Origin: a virus
Virus record (IMG/VR): IMGVR_UViG_3300017917_001562
Location: 44,582-108,581 of that record
Length of the DNA stretch: 64,000 bases
Reading direction: 5' to 3' (one strand)
This document shows, piece by piece, positions 16,541-26,594 of the stretch; within the stretch, counting starts at the first letter, position 1, and each line of letters begins with the position of its first letter. Under the pieces are notes generated by a model. It was not told where the DNA came from, made no database searches, and was given only the letters and a program-made list of their open reading frames with translations. Made by a program: the position numbers and the translations under genes.

Positions 16541-17415
16541 TAAGCTAAACTGGCATATAAATGTTGTTGCAAGTTCAATCGCAACCCATGTTGAATACAG
16601 TATTGTCCTGTGTACTCATGATTGGCTTGATTGTCTCGCAAGTTCAACAAACCTGGTTCCCAAAAACTAATAACTTCATCTACTGTACTGCGTTCAGCCA
16701 TTGTGATTTGACCTTTTTCTGCGCGAAGTAATTTAATCTTTTGTGGGAAACTATTATAGACATTCATTGGACTGCAATAAATTTCTTTGTCTGGATTATT
16801 CCGTTTCCATTCTAGTGCCCAGTCTGGAATACTGTTATATGGACTGTCTGGGTCTGCACTCATAACAAACTTTAAACAGTCTGCACGGTCTAGAATAGTT
16901 TTACTTGGTGCTAGATATTTAACAGCTCTGCCGTTCTTTTCCATACACTTAGGACTGCATACAAGAGTAACGCCATCCGGTACATGAGTATCAGGAATGC
17001 CATTGCTTTCAACTTGTACTGCCTTAAAATGGTTCAACTGCCTAGCCATCCATGGTGTAATGTTATCCTGTAGCAGTGGTTCTCCACCGGTCATTACCAA
17101 CACAACGCCCGGATAATCATTGCGGCCACGAACTGCCCACGCAGGAACTTCTTGTCCTTGGCTGACCCAAAAGTCACGAATAGTATCATACATCTTTGCT
17201 TCAATGTCAGCAAAGGTCAACCAATCACCGTCATCAAAGAAAGTGTCACAGAAACTACAATCTAAATTACACTTGGCTAATCTAATAAAGAACGCAGGCA
17301 TACCAGCATAAGGACCTTCACCCTGTAGCGTAAAAAACATACTGGTTACAAATAATTGATTTTCTGGTGCGTCTTTAAAGTATTTCTTACCAATGATAGC
17401 GTTAGTTCCAAACAT
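16540..17415 (-). CDS. queE: 7-carboxy-7-deazaguanine synthase (radical SAM)
   Basis: F.TLQGEG..AG.PA.FIRLAKCNLDCSFCDT, TGGEP, ESNG, SPK, LQQH. Confidence 0.9.
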   Translation of the reverse strand: MFGTNAIIGKKYFKDAPENQLFVTSMFFTLQGEGPYAGMPAFFIRLAKCNLDCSFCDTFFDDGDWLTFADIEAKMYDTIRDFWVSQGQEVPAWAVRGRNDYPGVVLVMTGGEPLLQDNITPWMARQLNHFKAVQVESNGIPDTHVPDGVTLVCSPKCMEKNGRAVKYLAPSKTILDRADCLKFVMSADPDSPYNSIPDWALEWKRNNPDKEIYCSPMNVYNSFPQKIKLLRAEKGQITMAERSTVDEVISFWEPGLLNLRDNQANHEYTGQYCIQHGLRLNLQQHLYASLA

Positions 17416-17441
17416 TTTATTCCTTGCTGATAATTTTTATT

Positions 17442-18290
17442 TTATGATCCGCAGTTATTAACACATACAGGATGTGTTAAATCTAACTCATTATAAAGTA
17501 ATTCTGCGACATTGTCAACATCATCTATTGTTGATTTGTAACAGCATGTGCTAAATTTGCCGTTAGCAGCCAAATAGATGCCGGGCTGAGTCAAATGCAT
17601 ACAATTTTCTGTCAAAACCTTTTTGTTATTTAGATTAAATTTTATAAGAGGTAAAATAGTTTTTGGTGGAAATAACTTATAATCATTTCCTGTGCGATAA
17701 TGTTTTACATTTTCTATATTTCTTGACGATTTTACAAGTTTAAATTTTTTAAAACCTAATTTTTGACTTAGCTTTAAGCAATCTTTAATTTGATGTTCGT
17801 TGTGTTCAAAAGGAATAAATTGCCATGTAGCTGTACCACCCGATTGTATAAATGCTGTTGCGTTATTAATGATTTTTTCATATGAAGTGCCTTGACGATA
17901 TATTTCATGAATTTTTTCTAATCCATCAATGCCAAACCATACATCGTGTTCGATATCAGATAATTGTTTAGCGAAATCAGACCACCACTTAACAGACCTT
18001 AAACTACCATTGGTATGGATTTGTATTTTTTTAACATACTTTTTTGCAATATCTATAAATTGGTTTATTTTACTTGCAGCAATAGGATCTCCAAAATTTC
18101 CACACAGTTGAATTGCATAAAGATTTTTAAGTTGTTGTAAAGTGTCTTCAAAGATCTTTGTATCTAAATCTTGTTCAGTAATAAAATCAGAAAGACCAAA
18201 ACCGTTATTGTTTCTGGGGCATTGTGGACACCATGCATTACATTTACTTGTTGGTTCTACATGCAACCATTTTACATCATTGAGAGTCAT
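17442..18290 (-). CDS. radical SAM protein
   Basis: CxxxCxxC (CNAWCPQC), GNFGDP, HTNG, C-terminal Cys cluster. Confidence 0.85.
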   Translation of the reverse strand: MTLNDVKWLHVEPTSKCNAWCPQCPRNNNGFGLSDFITEQDLDTKIFEDTLQQLKNLYAIQLCGNFGDPIAASKINQFIDIAKKYVKKIQIHTNGSLRSVKWWSDFAKQLSDIEHDVWFGIDGLEKIHEIYRQGTSYEKIINNATAFIQSGGTATWQFIPFEHNEHQIKDCLKLSQKLGFKKFKLVKSSRNIENVKHYRTGNDYKLFPPKTILPLIKFNLNNKKVLTENCMHLTQPGIYLAANGKFSTCCYKSTIDDVDNVAELLYNELDLTHPVCVNNCGS

Positions 18291-18558
18291 TATACAAATT
18301 TGACCAAACTTTTAGTTTTTCAATCTTATTATACTTTGCTTTATTTAGGTTGTCAAGGTCAAGTATGCCTTTTTCTATTAAGATATCAACTAAGGCCAAC
18401 ATGTCACCAATTTCCAATTCTAGCATTTCTTTGTGCAGCTGACCTGTTTTATAGTGTTTGGTATCTAAACCAAATCGTCGTATCTTACTGACTTCCACAA
18501 TAACTTCAGCACATTCTTCTTGCAGAATGCCCAATGCTTCTTCGACTTGTTTGTTCAT
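18277..18558 (-). CDS. MazG-like NTP pyrophosphohydrolase
   Basis: EECAE...EIGD acidic motif. Confidence 0.75.
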   Translation of the reverse strand: MNKQVEEALGILQEECAEVIVEVSKIRRFGLDTKHYKTGQLHKEMLELEIGDMLALVDILIEKGILDLDNLNKAKYNKIEKLKVWSNLYNDSQ

Positions 18559-19175
18559 TTTTTAACTTTACAATTATCTAAATGCCATCTAACCATAGCG
18601 CCTTTCGGACCTTGTTTGCCACAATGTGGACAAATGACAGGAGGCATACTATTCATATGAGTTGTGCGAGCATAAGGATTTGATTTTCCTTTATTCCACG
18701 GCTCTCTGCCTTTACAAGATTCGCTTATTTTTTTGCCCCATGTGATTTCTCTCCCTTTTAATCTATTAGAAATTTTCTGACGAATTTCGGGAAGTTTGGC
18801 ATAGTTACTATCCCCAACATATCTATTAGGTTCTTGTTCGTAACCAAATCTATTGCCGTGTGTTTTGCGGTGACTAGCCGGGCCCGCACCGCCCTGGCCG
18901 TCTTCTGGAACTAAATTAGCAAAATCTTTGCTCTCTACTATATTCCATTTTTCACTGTAATGCAATCCGAGTGTTCTTGCTTCTTCTATCGTTGCACATT
19001 TTGCAATTATTTCTGTAGTTATGTCATCACCATATTTTTCTAAATGGCTTGTCCAATATACCCCGCTACCTTTATATCTATAGCAAGAATCTTCGTATTC
19101 AGTAATATGACGACATAGATACTTTAGACCTGTTTTATTGTGAGTTTTTAATAATAAATATATTTTTTTGTCCAT
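18555..19175 (-). CDS. GIY-YIG-like homing endonuclease
   Basis: IYLLLKTHNKTGLKYL, YKGSG.YW, ANL..E.G.GG, PWNKG, CPHC..WH..NC; TAAATA just upstream. Confidence 0.8.
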   Translation of the reverse strand: MDKKIYLLLKTHNKTGLKYLCRHITEYEDSCYRYKGSGVYWTSHLEKYGDDITTEIIAKCATIEEARTLGLHYSEKWNIVESKDFANLVPEDGQGGAGPASHRKTHGNRFGYEQEPNRYVGDSNYAKLPEIRQKISNRLKGREITWGKKISESCKGREPWNKGKSNPYARTTHMNSMPPVICPHCGKQGPKGAMVRWHLDNCKVKK

Positions 19176-19221
19176 CAAGTATACCCCCAATGTATTTAGC
19201 TTTTGGCGGTATATTTGCTGG

Positions 19222-20256
19222 TTATTTACTGATAGTATCTCGCTCATGAATGGTATTATATTGAGTGTTAACGCGAACAAATGTGGTGCATTTTGGCAAT
19301 TGTTTAAGGGTTTCGGCGCCTACATACGAGCAGGTACTCCGAATGCCACCTAAAATATTTTGAACTACAGTACCTACGTCTCCTTTATGGGGGATACTAA
19401 CTGTTCGGCCTTCGCTCGATCTATAATCTTTTAATCCGCCGAAATGTTTTTCATTTGCAGTATCACTGCTCATCCCATAAAATATAACCTTACCATCTAA
19501 AATTTCGCCCCCGCCTTGGTTTGTTCCTGCTAACATTGAACCAAGCATGACAAAGTCCGCGCCTGCGCCAAATGCTTTAGCCACATCGCCTGGGCAAGTG
19601 CAACCGCCATCAGCAATAATATGGGCATTGAGGCCATGAGCCGCATCAGCGCACTCAATAATCGCACTAAGTTGCGGGTAGCCAACCCCAGTTTGTATCC
19701 TAGTTGTACATACCGATCCCGGCCCGATTCCGACTTTAACAATGTCTGCTCCTCGTAAAATAAGTTCTTGTGTCATGTCTGCGGTAACAACATTACCAGC
19801 AATGATAGTTTTATCTGGAAAGGCTTCACGCACTGTTGCTACATAGTCGGCAAATCTTTCCTGATAACCGTTGGCAACATCAATACAAATAAATTTAACT
19901 TCGGGGTAGGTATTAACAATCAACTTTAACCGAGTAAAATCACTATCACTGGTACCAGTACTGACAGCAAAGTATTTTCCACCAAACTGACCTACTAGAT
20001 CATATAAATCAGTTTCGTTATAATTTTTAACAAGGCATGTAAACATTTGATGCTTATACAATGCCTTGGCCATATCAAGGGTTCCTACCCCGTCCATGTT
20101 ACTGGCCATGATAGGAACTCCCTGCCACTCATATCGACTGTGTTTAAATCGATAAATTTTGGTTAGATCAACTTGTTTCCTGCTGTGTAGAGTACTGCGC
20201 TTGGGCCGTATCAGCACATCGCGAAAATCAAGTTTAACTTCGTCTTCAATTCTCAT
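19222..20256 (-). CDS. guaC: GMP reductase
   Basis: [49 protein letters not shown]. Confidence 0.92.
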   Translation of the reverse strand: MRIEDEVKLDFRDVLIRPKRSTLHSRKQVDLTKIYRFKHSRYEWQGVPIMASNMDGVGTLDMAKALYKHQMFTCLVKNYNETDLYDLVGQFGGKYFAVSTGTSDSDFTRLKLIVNTYPEVKFICIDVANGYQERFADYVATVREAFPDKTIIAGNVVTADMTQELILRGADIVKVGIGPGSVCTTRIQTGVGYPQLSAIIECADAAHGLNAHIIADGGCTCPGDVAKAFGAGADFVMLGSMLAGTNQGGGEILDGKVIFYGMSSDTANEKHFGGLKDYRSSEGRTVSIPHKGDVGTVVQNILGGIRSTCSYVGAETLKQLPKCTTFVRVNTQYNTIHERDTISK

Positions 20257-21431
20257 AATTTTTCTTTTATTAATTCCACTATCTGTTTGGCAGTAACAGC
20301 ACCTAAAGTCCATCCTAGGTGACCGTGTCCTGTATTATAAAATATTTTTTGATTTTTGTCACTCTGTTTAACAACAGGCATCATATTCGGAGTCATTGGC
20401 CTCAAACAAGTCCATTGACTGTAGTCATGCGTGTTCATTTCTGGAAAGTTTGTATGTACCCAGTTTAACAAAGGTTCTATTCTTTCTCTTTTAATGTCGT
20501 AGTTTTCGCCAGCCAGTTCGGCTGTGCCTGCAACTCTAAATCTATTACCTAAACTACTAGTAACGATTTTAGCTTCGTCATCTAGTAAACTTACTTGTGG
20601 ACAGTTTACATTGTTGATAGTAATGCTGTAACCTTTTACTGGATAAACATCTAACCTATCACCTATACTTCTTGCTAGTCGTTCGCTACCAACACCTGCT
20701 GAAACAATTACAGCGTCAAAACTTTTGGCGTATGCAGGTAAAGAATTAGCTTCCACATTATTAGAAAATGTAACTTGATACTTATTTTTAAGGATATCCA
20801 TAAGTTCGTAACAAAATTTATGAATGTCCCCAGTCCAGTCACTGGCTGTAAAAGTCGCACCTACGCAACCTTGTATATTTTTTAAAGTTGGATCGTATAT
20901 TGTAATAGATTCAACAGGTATAATTTCCCGATCTAATCCGTGTTTGTTATATAATTGTGTAGTTTCTTTTGCATTTTGATAATAACTAAGTGATTTATAA
21001 AAATGTAAAATACCACAATTGCTTCTATCAAAATTTATTTGTTCTTCATTGCAGATTTCATCATAAAGTTTTCTAGACTCTAACCCTAACTCTACAGTTT
21101 TAACTGTGTTAGCTTTGTATGCACCTGTGTAAGTATAATAAAGAAATTTAACAATCCATCGCCACATTGACCAATCTAGTCTCCAGGGTTTAAATAACAA
21201 AGGAGCGTCTTTTTTGAACATCCATTTAATGCCTTTAAGGACATTGCTGTGTGTTGTCCATACTTCACTGTTACTTACACTAATCTGACCGCCATTTGCA
21301 AAACTGGTACGCATACCAGCATATCGTTCTTGATCGATTACTGTTACTGCGTACCCTTGTTTTGCGGCGTAGTAAGCAGACAAAACTCCCGTAATGCCTG
21401 CCCCTATAACTAACACCCGTTTTGACATCAA
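20253..21431 (-). CDS. FAD-dependent D-amino acid dehydrogenase-like oxidoreductase (DadA family)
   Basis: [36 protein letters not shown]. Confidence 0.88.
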   Translation of the reverse strand: MMSKRVLVIGAGITGVLSAYYAAKQGYAVTVIDQERYAGMRTSFANGGQISVSNSEVWTTHSNVLKGIKWMFKKDAPLLFKPWRLDWSMWRWIVKFLYYTYTGAYKANTVKTVELGLESRKLYDEICNEEQINFDRSNCGILHFYKSLSYYQNAKETTQLYNKHGLDREIIPVESITIYDPTLKNIQGCVGATFTASDWTGDIHKFCYELMDILKNKYQVTFSNNVEANSLPAYAKSFDAVIVSAGVGSERLARSIGDRLDVYPVKGYSITINNVNCPQVSLLDDEAKIVTSSLGNRFRVAGTAELAGENYDIKRERIEPLLNWVHTNFPEMNTHDYSQWTCLRPMTPNMMPVVKQSDKNQKIFYNTGHGHLGWTLGAVTAKQIVELIKEKL

Positions 21432-22054
21432 ATTGCCTGTTCTTGATTGCCTAGTCGTTTTTGCAAATAGTTTAACAACATGCCATAAGCAGGAAGAATA
21501 ACCAACAGGCTTACGATAATTTTACTGATTGAATTATTGGTTGCAACAATGTGCCAGTTAGCAGCCATGAACTCATTGGCACCGTAAGCAAATGCTGTAA
21601 AGAAGAACACATAAGTGTCAAAGAATGTACTGACAATAGCACTTAGCGTTGGAGCAATGTACCATGTGTTAACATACTTTTCACGGAAGTATTGGAATAC
21701 ATAAACATCCAACAAGTTACTCAGGAAGTAAGCAACACCCGAACCTAAACCGATTCGCAATGCTACGCTTTCTGGTGCACCACCTGCTAGCACTACAAGA
21801 ATACTAACAATGATAGCAGGAATAAACGCCAAGCTGATTACAGCACGACCTGTTTCCTTACCAATCAAACGAACAGTCAAGTCCGTAAGTACAACTACCA
21901 ATGGGAATGTAAAGGCCGCCGCGGCCAATGGGTACCCAAATACGCTCAATTTAAATTGAACAAGATAGTTTGAAATTGCGATAATAATGATGTGAGCCAA
22001 CATCAACTTTGTCGCTAGTGCGCGGTCTACACCGGCTAATAGTTTGTCTAACAT
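21428..22054 (-). CDS. yhhQ: queuosine-precursor (preQ0/preQ1) transporter, YhhQ/VUT family
   Basis: multi-TM; ISNYLVQ, FTFP....TDLTVR..G, LDVYVF, DT..FF..AF, LPAYG. Confidence 0.85.
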   Translation of the reverse strand: MLDKLLAGVDRALATKLMLAHIIIIAISNYLVQFKLSVFGYPLAAAAFTFPLVVVLTDLTVRLIGKETGRAVISLAFIPAIIVSILVVLAGGAPESVALRIGLGSGVAYFLSNLLDVYVFQYFREKYVNTWYIAPTLSAIVSTFFDTYVFFFTAFAYGANEFMAANWHIVATNNSISKIIVSLLVILPAYGMLLNYLQKRLGNQEQAI

Positions 22055-22063
22055 AGTTTCTCC

Positions 22064-22396
22064 TTAATGGTTTCGTTTGCCATCAAACACACATACAAAG
22101 TATAATGTTGAGGCTTGGCTTAAGTTATGAACACGATGAAATACACCGTCTTCTATTAGAACGACATCGCCACCTTGTACAGTGAATCGCTTGTCATCTA
22201 ATTCCATTTCACCCATGCCACTTACAAAGTAATAGACTTCTTCCTGGCCTGGGTGTTTGTGACCTCTTGTGCTTTGGTTTGGTTTCAACTCAGTTGAACT
22301 CAGCACAAGATTTTTTAGTGTTTTGTTGTCTTTAAGAACATAGGTTTCGTTGTCTTTTACAACTTCACCACCGATATCGTATAAACTGTGTTTCAT
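22064..22396 (-). CDS. cupin domain protein
   Basis: GHKH..QEEVY.F.SG.G, GD.V.I..G.FHRV.N. Confidence 0.85.
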   Translation of the reverse strand: MKHSLYDIGGEVVKDNETYVLKDNKTLKNLVLSSTELKPNQSTRGHKHPGQEEVYYFVSGMGEMELDDKRFTVQGGDVVLIEDGVFHRVHNLSQASTLYFVCVFDGKRNH

Positions 22397-22563
22397 TTGT
22401 TTTTTAGGTCTCCGCCTGTACAGCTACCGTCTTCAAACCATTGCTCCATGGCCTGTCGACGATATTCTTCCAGCGCCTTTTGCCTTTGTCGTTCTGCTTC
22501 CAAAAAAGCAGGATCAGTTAAAGGCACTGTTTCGAATTCGTCTTTTGGTTTTGTTGTATTCAT
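22393..22563 (-). CDS. 56-aa hypothetical protein (below the ORF-track cutoff)
   Basis: MNTTKPKDEF...; ATGA overlaps at both ends. Confidence 0.55.
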   Translation of the reverse strand: MNTTKPKDEFETVPLTDPAFLEAERQRQKALEEYRRQAMEQWFEDGSCTGGDLKNK

Positions 22564-23066
22564 TCGAATAAATTTTCATTCCATTCGCGATAACCTTCGC
22601 GGAATGCCATATTGCTTTGTGTTTCGCGAACTTCAACACGATAGCACCAAAGTCTATTAGCTTCACCTTCACCTAGCAAGTCTGGAATATAAACGCCATT
22701 GACATACTTGTATAGCATGTCAGCAAGACCTTCACAGCCCAGTCTGGGCAGGATAGTTAACTTGGCCATTTTCTTTTCTTGCAGTACTTTGTATGTTTCC
22801 ATCTCTGGATCATCTGCCGCAACTAACAGTGTATGATCAAATTGATCTTCAAGAATCTTTTTTAATTCTTTAAGGCCACCATAGTCCATGGCCCAATTAC
22901 GAACATCTAGTTCGTTAGTGCCAAAGTAAAATTTCATACTGAAACTGTAACCGTGAATAGTGTTACAGTGACTGTCAGCACGCCATTGTCTATACGCACA
23001 GGGGAAAGCATCGTGATATTCTTTTGTACTTACATATTTGTAATGTACAGGTTGTAGATTTGCCAT
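22560..23066 (-). CDS. queD: 6-carboxy-5,6,7,8-tetrahydropterin synthase
   Basis: CxxxHGY, MDYGGLK, FDH, E.LA, VRET motifs; AAGGAG RBS. Confidence 0.88.
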   Translation of the reverse strand: MANLQPVHYKYVSTKEYHDAFPCAYRQWRADSHCNTIHGYSFSMKFYFGTNELDVRNWAMDYGGLKELKKILEDQFDHTLLVAADDPEMETYKVLQEKKMAKLTILPRLGCEGLADMLYKYVNGVYIPDLLGEGEANRLWCYRVEVRETQSNMAFREGYREWNENLFE

Positions 23067-23099
23067 CTCTAGTCTCCTTTTATAAAGTAGCAAGGTTGA

Positions 23100-23143
23100 T
23101 GACACGCAGAGTATTTAAAGAGGGATGAGCGTCAAGACCTCTT
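23100..23143 (-). ncRNA. preQ1-I-like riboswitch candidate in the queD leader
   Basis: AAGAGG-UCUUGACGCUCAUC-CCUCUU-UAAAUACUCUGC-GUGUCA: stem, A-rich tail and loop/tail pseudoknot upstream of queD. Confidence 0.55.
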
Positions 23144-23153
23144 AAGCAAGTAT

Positions 23154-23696
23154 TTATCTTACTAGTTCCTCATAGTTTTCAAAGATGTTACTTAGAGTTT
23201 CTTTTTTGATATGGGCTTTTTCCATATACCATGCTTCATCGTTGATATTACCGATTGGTTTTTGACCTACAACAGATTCATAGTTGTTGATTAGTTCTGC
23301 TTCCATGGCCAATATTTCGTCTCTACTGTTTATAGATTCAAATGGATAGTTTGTAACGTCCCATACTGTTATTTTACAGTCTGTAACAGAAATGTCAATG
23401 CCGTATGTTAGTTTAAAATCTTCTTCAATTACACGCCAGTCTGCACCGCTATGACCTCTTAGTCTTAGACTATTTGACCAACTGGCACTATGCCCTATTT
23501 GTCTATATAACCTATCACCATAATTACGAGAATTATCAGCACTCATTCCAAATTTAATAACTATGCCTTTGTAAACTATCCTATATAGATATTTGTCTAT
23601 GTTGTAGTGTGCAAGAATATTACAAATTAAACTAGGATTGGATAATTTGGCGCCGTCAATATGATACTTAGGAATAATACTCCAATTAACCTTCAT
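23154..23696 (-). CDS. GIY-YIG-like protein
   Basis: YLYRI...IKFGMS...R...E.ELI...P.GN pattern. Confidence 0.5.
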   Translation of the reverse strand: MKVNWSIIPKYHIDGAKLSNPSLICNILAHYNIDKYLYRIVYKGIVIKFGMSADNSRNYGDRLYRQIGHSASWSNSLRLRGHSGADWRVIEEDFKLTYGIDISVTDCKITVWDVTNYPFESINSRDEILAMEAELINNYESVVGQKPIGNINDEAWYMEKAHIKKETLSNIFENYEELVR

Positions 23697-24238
23697 ACTG
23701 CCCACCATTCTTCCCAGGGAAAAACAATCCATTCAGGCGTTTCTTGTTTGTTAATTTCTTTACCAGCAAAGTCCATTTTTACACTGCATTTACTGGCCAG
23801 ATTATCAATGGTAACAGCAAATTTAACATTGTTGTTCCAAACATCAGACCAAGCAGGGTCATTGGGCCTGCAACTATCCTGCCAATCCTTCATAATCCAA
23901 TTGAAAGTTTCGCCGCTGTCATTGATATCATCTACTAGCAGAATATTTTTCCTTAGTGCAGGATTAGAATGACCAACCATGTCATCTACTCTGTGGTAAC
24001 CGAACGCATCTTCAGCCATCCATAAATTACTTTCAGGACCCATTGTGCTGTCACGCAACTGCACACTCAGCGTCTGCATAGGTGCATTTAGATAATGACT
24101 TAGTAACAGTGCAGGATAAAGTCCGCCTCTGGTGATGCCTACAATATAGTCGGGACGCCAATTGCTAGTAGCAATCTTGCGACCAATTTGGCTAACAAGA
24201 CTTACATAATCTTTGTGTTTGTAATATGTTTTTTGCAT
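23693..24238 (-). CDS. purine phosphoribosyltransferase-like protein
   Basis: GITRGG, LLVDDINDSGET PRPP loop, WIVFPWE. Confidence 0.88.
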   Translation of the reverse strand: MQKTYYKHKDYVSLVSQIGRKIATSNWRPDYIVGITRGGLYPALLLSHYLNAPMQTLSVQLRDSTMGPESNLWMAEDAFGYHRVDDMVGHSNPALRKNILLVDDINDSGETFNWIMKDWQDSCRPNDPAWSDVWNNNVKFAVTIDNLASKCSVKMDFAGKEINKQETPEWIVFPWEEWWAV

Positions 24239-24240
24239 GG

Positions 24241-24702
24241 TTATTTGTTATTTTCTAAGACTCTTTGAGTAAGGTATTGTTCGTGTTGCACCCAACCTTT
24301 GCGTGTAGCAAAACCCCAATCTCGTTGTTGAGGACCAGGCATGAACAAGGTCCAACATTCGATACCGGGGTCTAATTCAATTCTATGAAAACTTTTGGAA
24401 TTAGAGATTCTAAAGTGACCGGGACCACGCCACTTTTGCATCTCGCCGATCTTTTTACCTCTAAAGTCAAACATAGGCACCCATTCCCAATAACCACCTT
24501 TGAGAATTACAGTAGCATAAGGCCAAGGATGATCGTGTAAGTCGTCTGGATCACTTTTTAAAAACTTGTGTAGAAACACATTAAAGGGAAAGTGTTTGCG
24601 ATCTTTGAGAAAAAGATAATATCGTTCCAAATAAGGTTCATTGTTGACCCTATCCATAACAATGCGTTTACGGCCCAGGCGTTCCAAAAGTTTTAAAAAC
24701 AT
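24241..24702 (-). CDS. cupin-like protein
   Basis: DLHDHPW...ILKGGYWE...FHRIEL; TTGACT-17-TATAAT promoter at 24722-24750. Confidence 0.7.
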   Translation of the reverse strand: MFLKLLERLGRKRIVMDRVNNEPYLERYYLFLKDRKHFPFNVFLHKFLKSDPDDLHDHPWPYATVILKGGYWEWVPMFDFRGKKIGEMQKWRGPGHFRISNSKSFHRIELDPGIECWTLFMPGPQQRDWGFATRKGWVQHEQYLTQRVLENNK

Positions 24703-24746
24703 ATTTTTCTCCTTATAGCCAATTATACTATAATGTAGAATTATAG

Positions 24747-25037
24747 TCAATGACGCAGTAGTTCCATAGCCACAATTTGGCCTACTCGTTCAGCAACATC
24801 GTCACCATCGGGAATAAGGTAAGTGTTATAAAGATGGTGATCAGTTTTGTTATTGTATGTTCTAGTTTGGAGAATTGCGCCACCATGTGCCGCCATCATG
24901 GTAAACCTAATACCTTCGATATCAACAGAATCTGATTCACGAACGGTGCCGCCAATTGCGCTAGCCTTTGTAATGTTATTTGCATTTGCCCAATCTTCTC
25001 TAACCCATTTTACTACCAATTTTTTAAACCAATTCAT
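24747..25037 (-). CDS. hypothetical phage protein
   Basis: 96-aa ORF with ATGA overlap. Confidence 0.65.
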   Translation of the reverse strand: MNWFKKLVVKWVREDWANANNITKASAIGGTVRESDSVDIEGIRFTMMAAHGGAILQTRTYNNKTDHHLYNTYLIPDGDDVAERVGQIVAMELLRH

Positions 25038-25240
25038 GATTGTTCTCCCAAATATTTCATAGCTTTGTCTGTGGCTTCTTCCAAAGTTACTGCGTGAATT
25101 TTTAATGTAATTTTATCGCCATTGATAACGGTATCATAGGGTACTGCTCCACGAAACTCAAATGTTTCGGGTAAGTCTGTAGTCACAGAAAACTCCTGCA
25201 AGTTTTTGATTCTATCTATAATGTCTTTTACTTGTGTCAT
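25034..25240 (-). CDS. hypothetical phage protein
   Basis: 68-aa ORF with ATGA overlaps. Confidence 0.65.
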   Translation of the reverse strand: MTQVKDIIDRIKNLQEFSVTTDLPETFEFRGAVPYDTVINGDKITLKIHAVTLEEATDKAMKYLGEQS

Positions 25241-25956
25241 CTTGGGGCAAACTCCTGTTGTAGTTTAATATTGTCCATAAACTCTTTTTTAGTGCCTTGA
25301 TCTTCTTTAAAAGCACCTTTAAGCACTGTGGTTTGAGTCAACGAACTATGCGCCATAATGCCTCTGTTTTCGCAGCAGCCATGCGTGGCCTGTATGTAAA
25401 CACCAACATCCTTACTGCCTGTTGCTGACATAATTTCCCTAGCAATGTCCATAGCCAATTCTTCTTGCAGTGTTCCTCTACGAGCACACCACTGTGCAAT
25501 TCTAGTATACTTGCTGAGTCCAATTAATTTGTTAGCAGCCAAAATACCAATATAAGCAACACCTGTTACTGGTTGGTGATGATGACTGCACATGCTTTTG
25601 AGTTCACTGCGTACTACCAACATACCATCATAGGGTTCATCGGTTTCATTGGGAAATGAAGTAGCATCCGGCTTTGCTTCATATCTACCTGCCATGATCT
25701 CATTGTAATACATTTTAGCCAATCGTCTAGCAGTGCCATGACTGTTGGGATCAGTTTCGCGATCAATAAGTAGTGCATCTAGTACTTGTTCAAATGCTGA
25801 TGTTGCTTCGTTGATTAGATTGTCTTTTTCAACATCGCTAATGTATTCGCTAATGTTATCACCTGCCCAAAAGCGTTTATTGCCTTGTCTAAGTCTTTCC
25901 CTGATAACTTGATTCAAGGGTCGACCATCTTCTTCCCTGTAATGTAGTTGTGTCAT
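25237..25956 (-). CDS. folE: GTP cyclohydrolase I
   Basis: T..R.AKMY, SMCSHH..P..G, GLSK..RI, LQE, H.C...RG. Confidence 0.93.
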   Translation of the reverse strand: MTQLHYREEDGRPLNQVIRERLRQGNKRFWAGDNISEYISDVEKDNLINEATSAFEQVLDALLIDRETDPNSHGTARRLAKMYYNEIMAGRYEAKPDATSFPNETDEPYDGMLVVRSELKSMCSHHHQPVTGVAYIGILAANKLIGLSKYTRIAQWCARRGTLQEELAMDIAREIMSATGSKDVGVYIQATHGCCENRGIMAHSSLTQTTVLKGAFKEDQGTKKEFMDNIKLQQEFAPR

Positions 25957-25997
25957 ATATTCTCCTGCCTAAATTATAAGATTATTTAGGTCTTGTG

Positions 25998-26594
25998 TCA
26001 ATGGATAATTGTAATTTTTCTTAAGTCTGGATATTCTACATATACAGGCTCAGTGCTTTGATATTTGGCCAACAATTCGATTCCTCGTTCAGCTTCTTCT
26101 ATGGTAGGTCTATAATGATAACCAATTCGGAATGTTTGCTGTTGTGGCCAGGGTGTAATGTTTAAATCTCTTCCATCGTAACGCATTTGTCTTAAATGAT
26201 CGTATTCTTCTACATCATCTAATAAAATAGCACCACCACGACCAATGTTTAGAGGCTTACCGTGTCCGAAACTCAAACACATTAACGAACCTGGCCTATA
26301 CATATCTTGCTCCAGTCGTCTAGCAGTATCTAAAATTCTAGTGCCATAAAAGTAGTATTCGCCCTTCCAAGTTTGTTGCCTTTCTTCCACAAACTGATAT
26401 TCAATACCAAGTTTGTGCATGGTCATAGGAATACTTAGATAAGTGTAGGGAGTAAATCTACATTCTTTAACTTGATCATAGCGTAAGCAAAGCTCAATGG
26501 CATGGGTACAACAGTCAGTCATTACCGCATATGGTGCGCCTGTAAATTTAGCTAACTGTTGTTCGAACTCAGCAATTTTATCGAATGTTGTCAA
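25998..26594 (-). CDS. short DegT/DnrJ-type PLP aminotransferase
   Basis: FEQQLA..TGAPYAV..CCTHAI.L, DTA, SFGHGKPL.IGRGG; about half the usual length. Confidence 0.75.
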   Translation of the reverse strand: MTTFDKIAEFEQQLAKFTGAPYAVMTDCCTHAIELCLRYDQVKECRFTPYTYLSIPMTMHKLGIEYQFVEERQQTWKGEYYFYGTRILDTARRLEQDMYRPGSLMCLSFGHGKPLNIGRGGAILLDDVEEYDHLRQMRYDGRDLNITPWPQQQTFRIGYHYRPTIEEAERGIELLAKYQSTEPVYVEYPDLRKITIIH

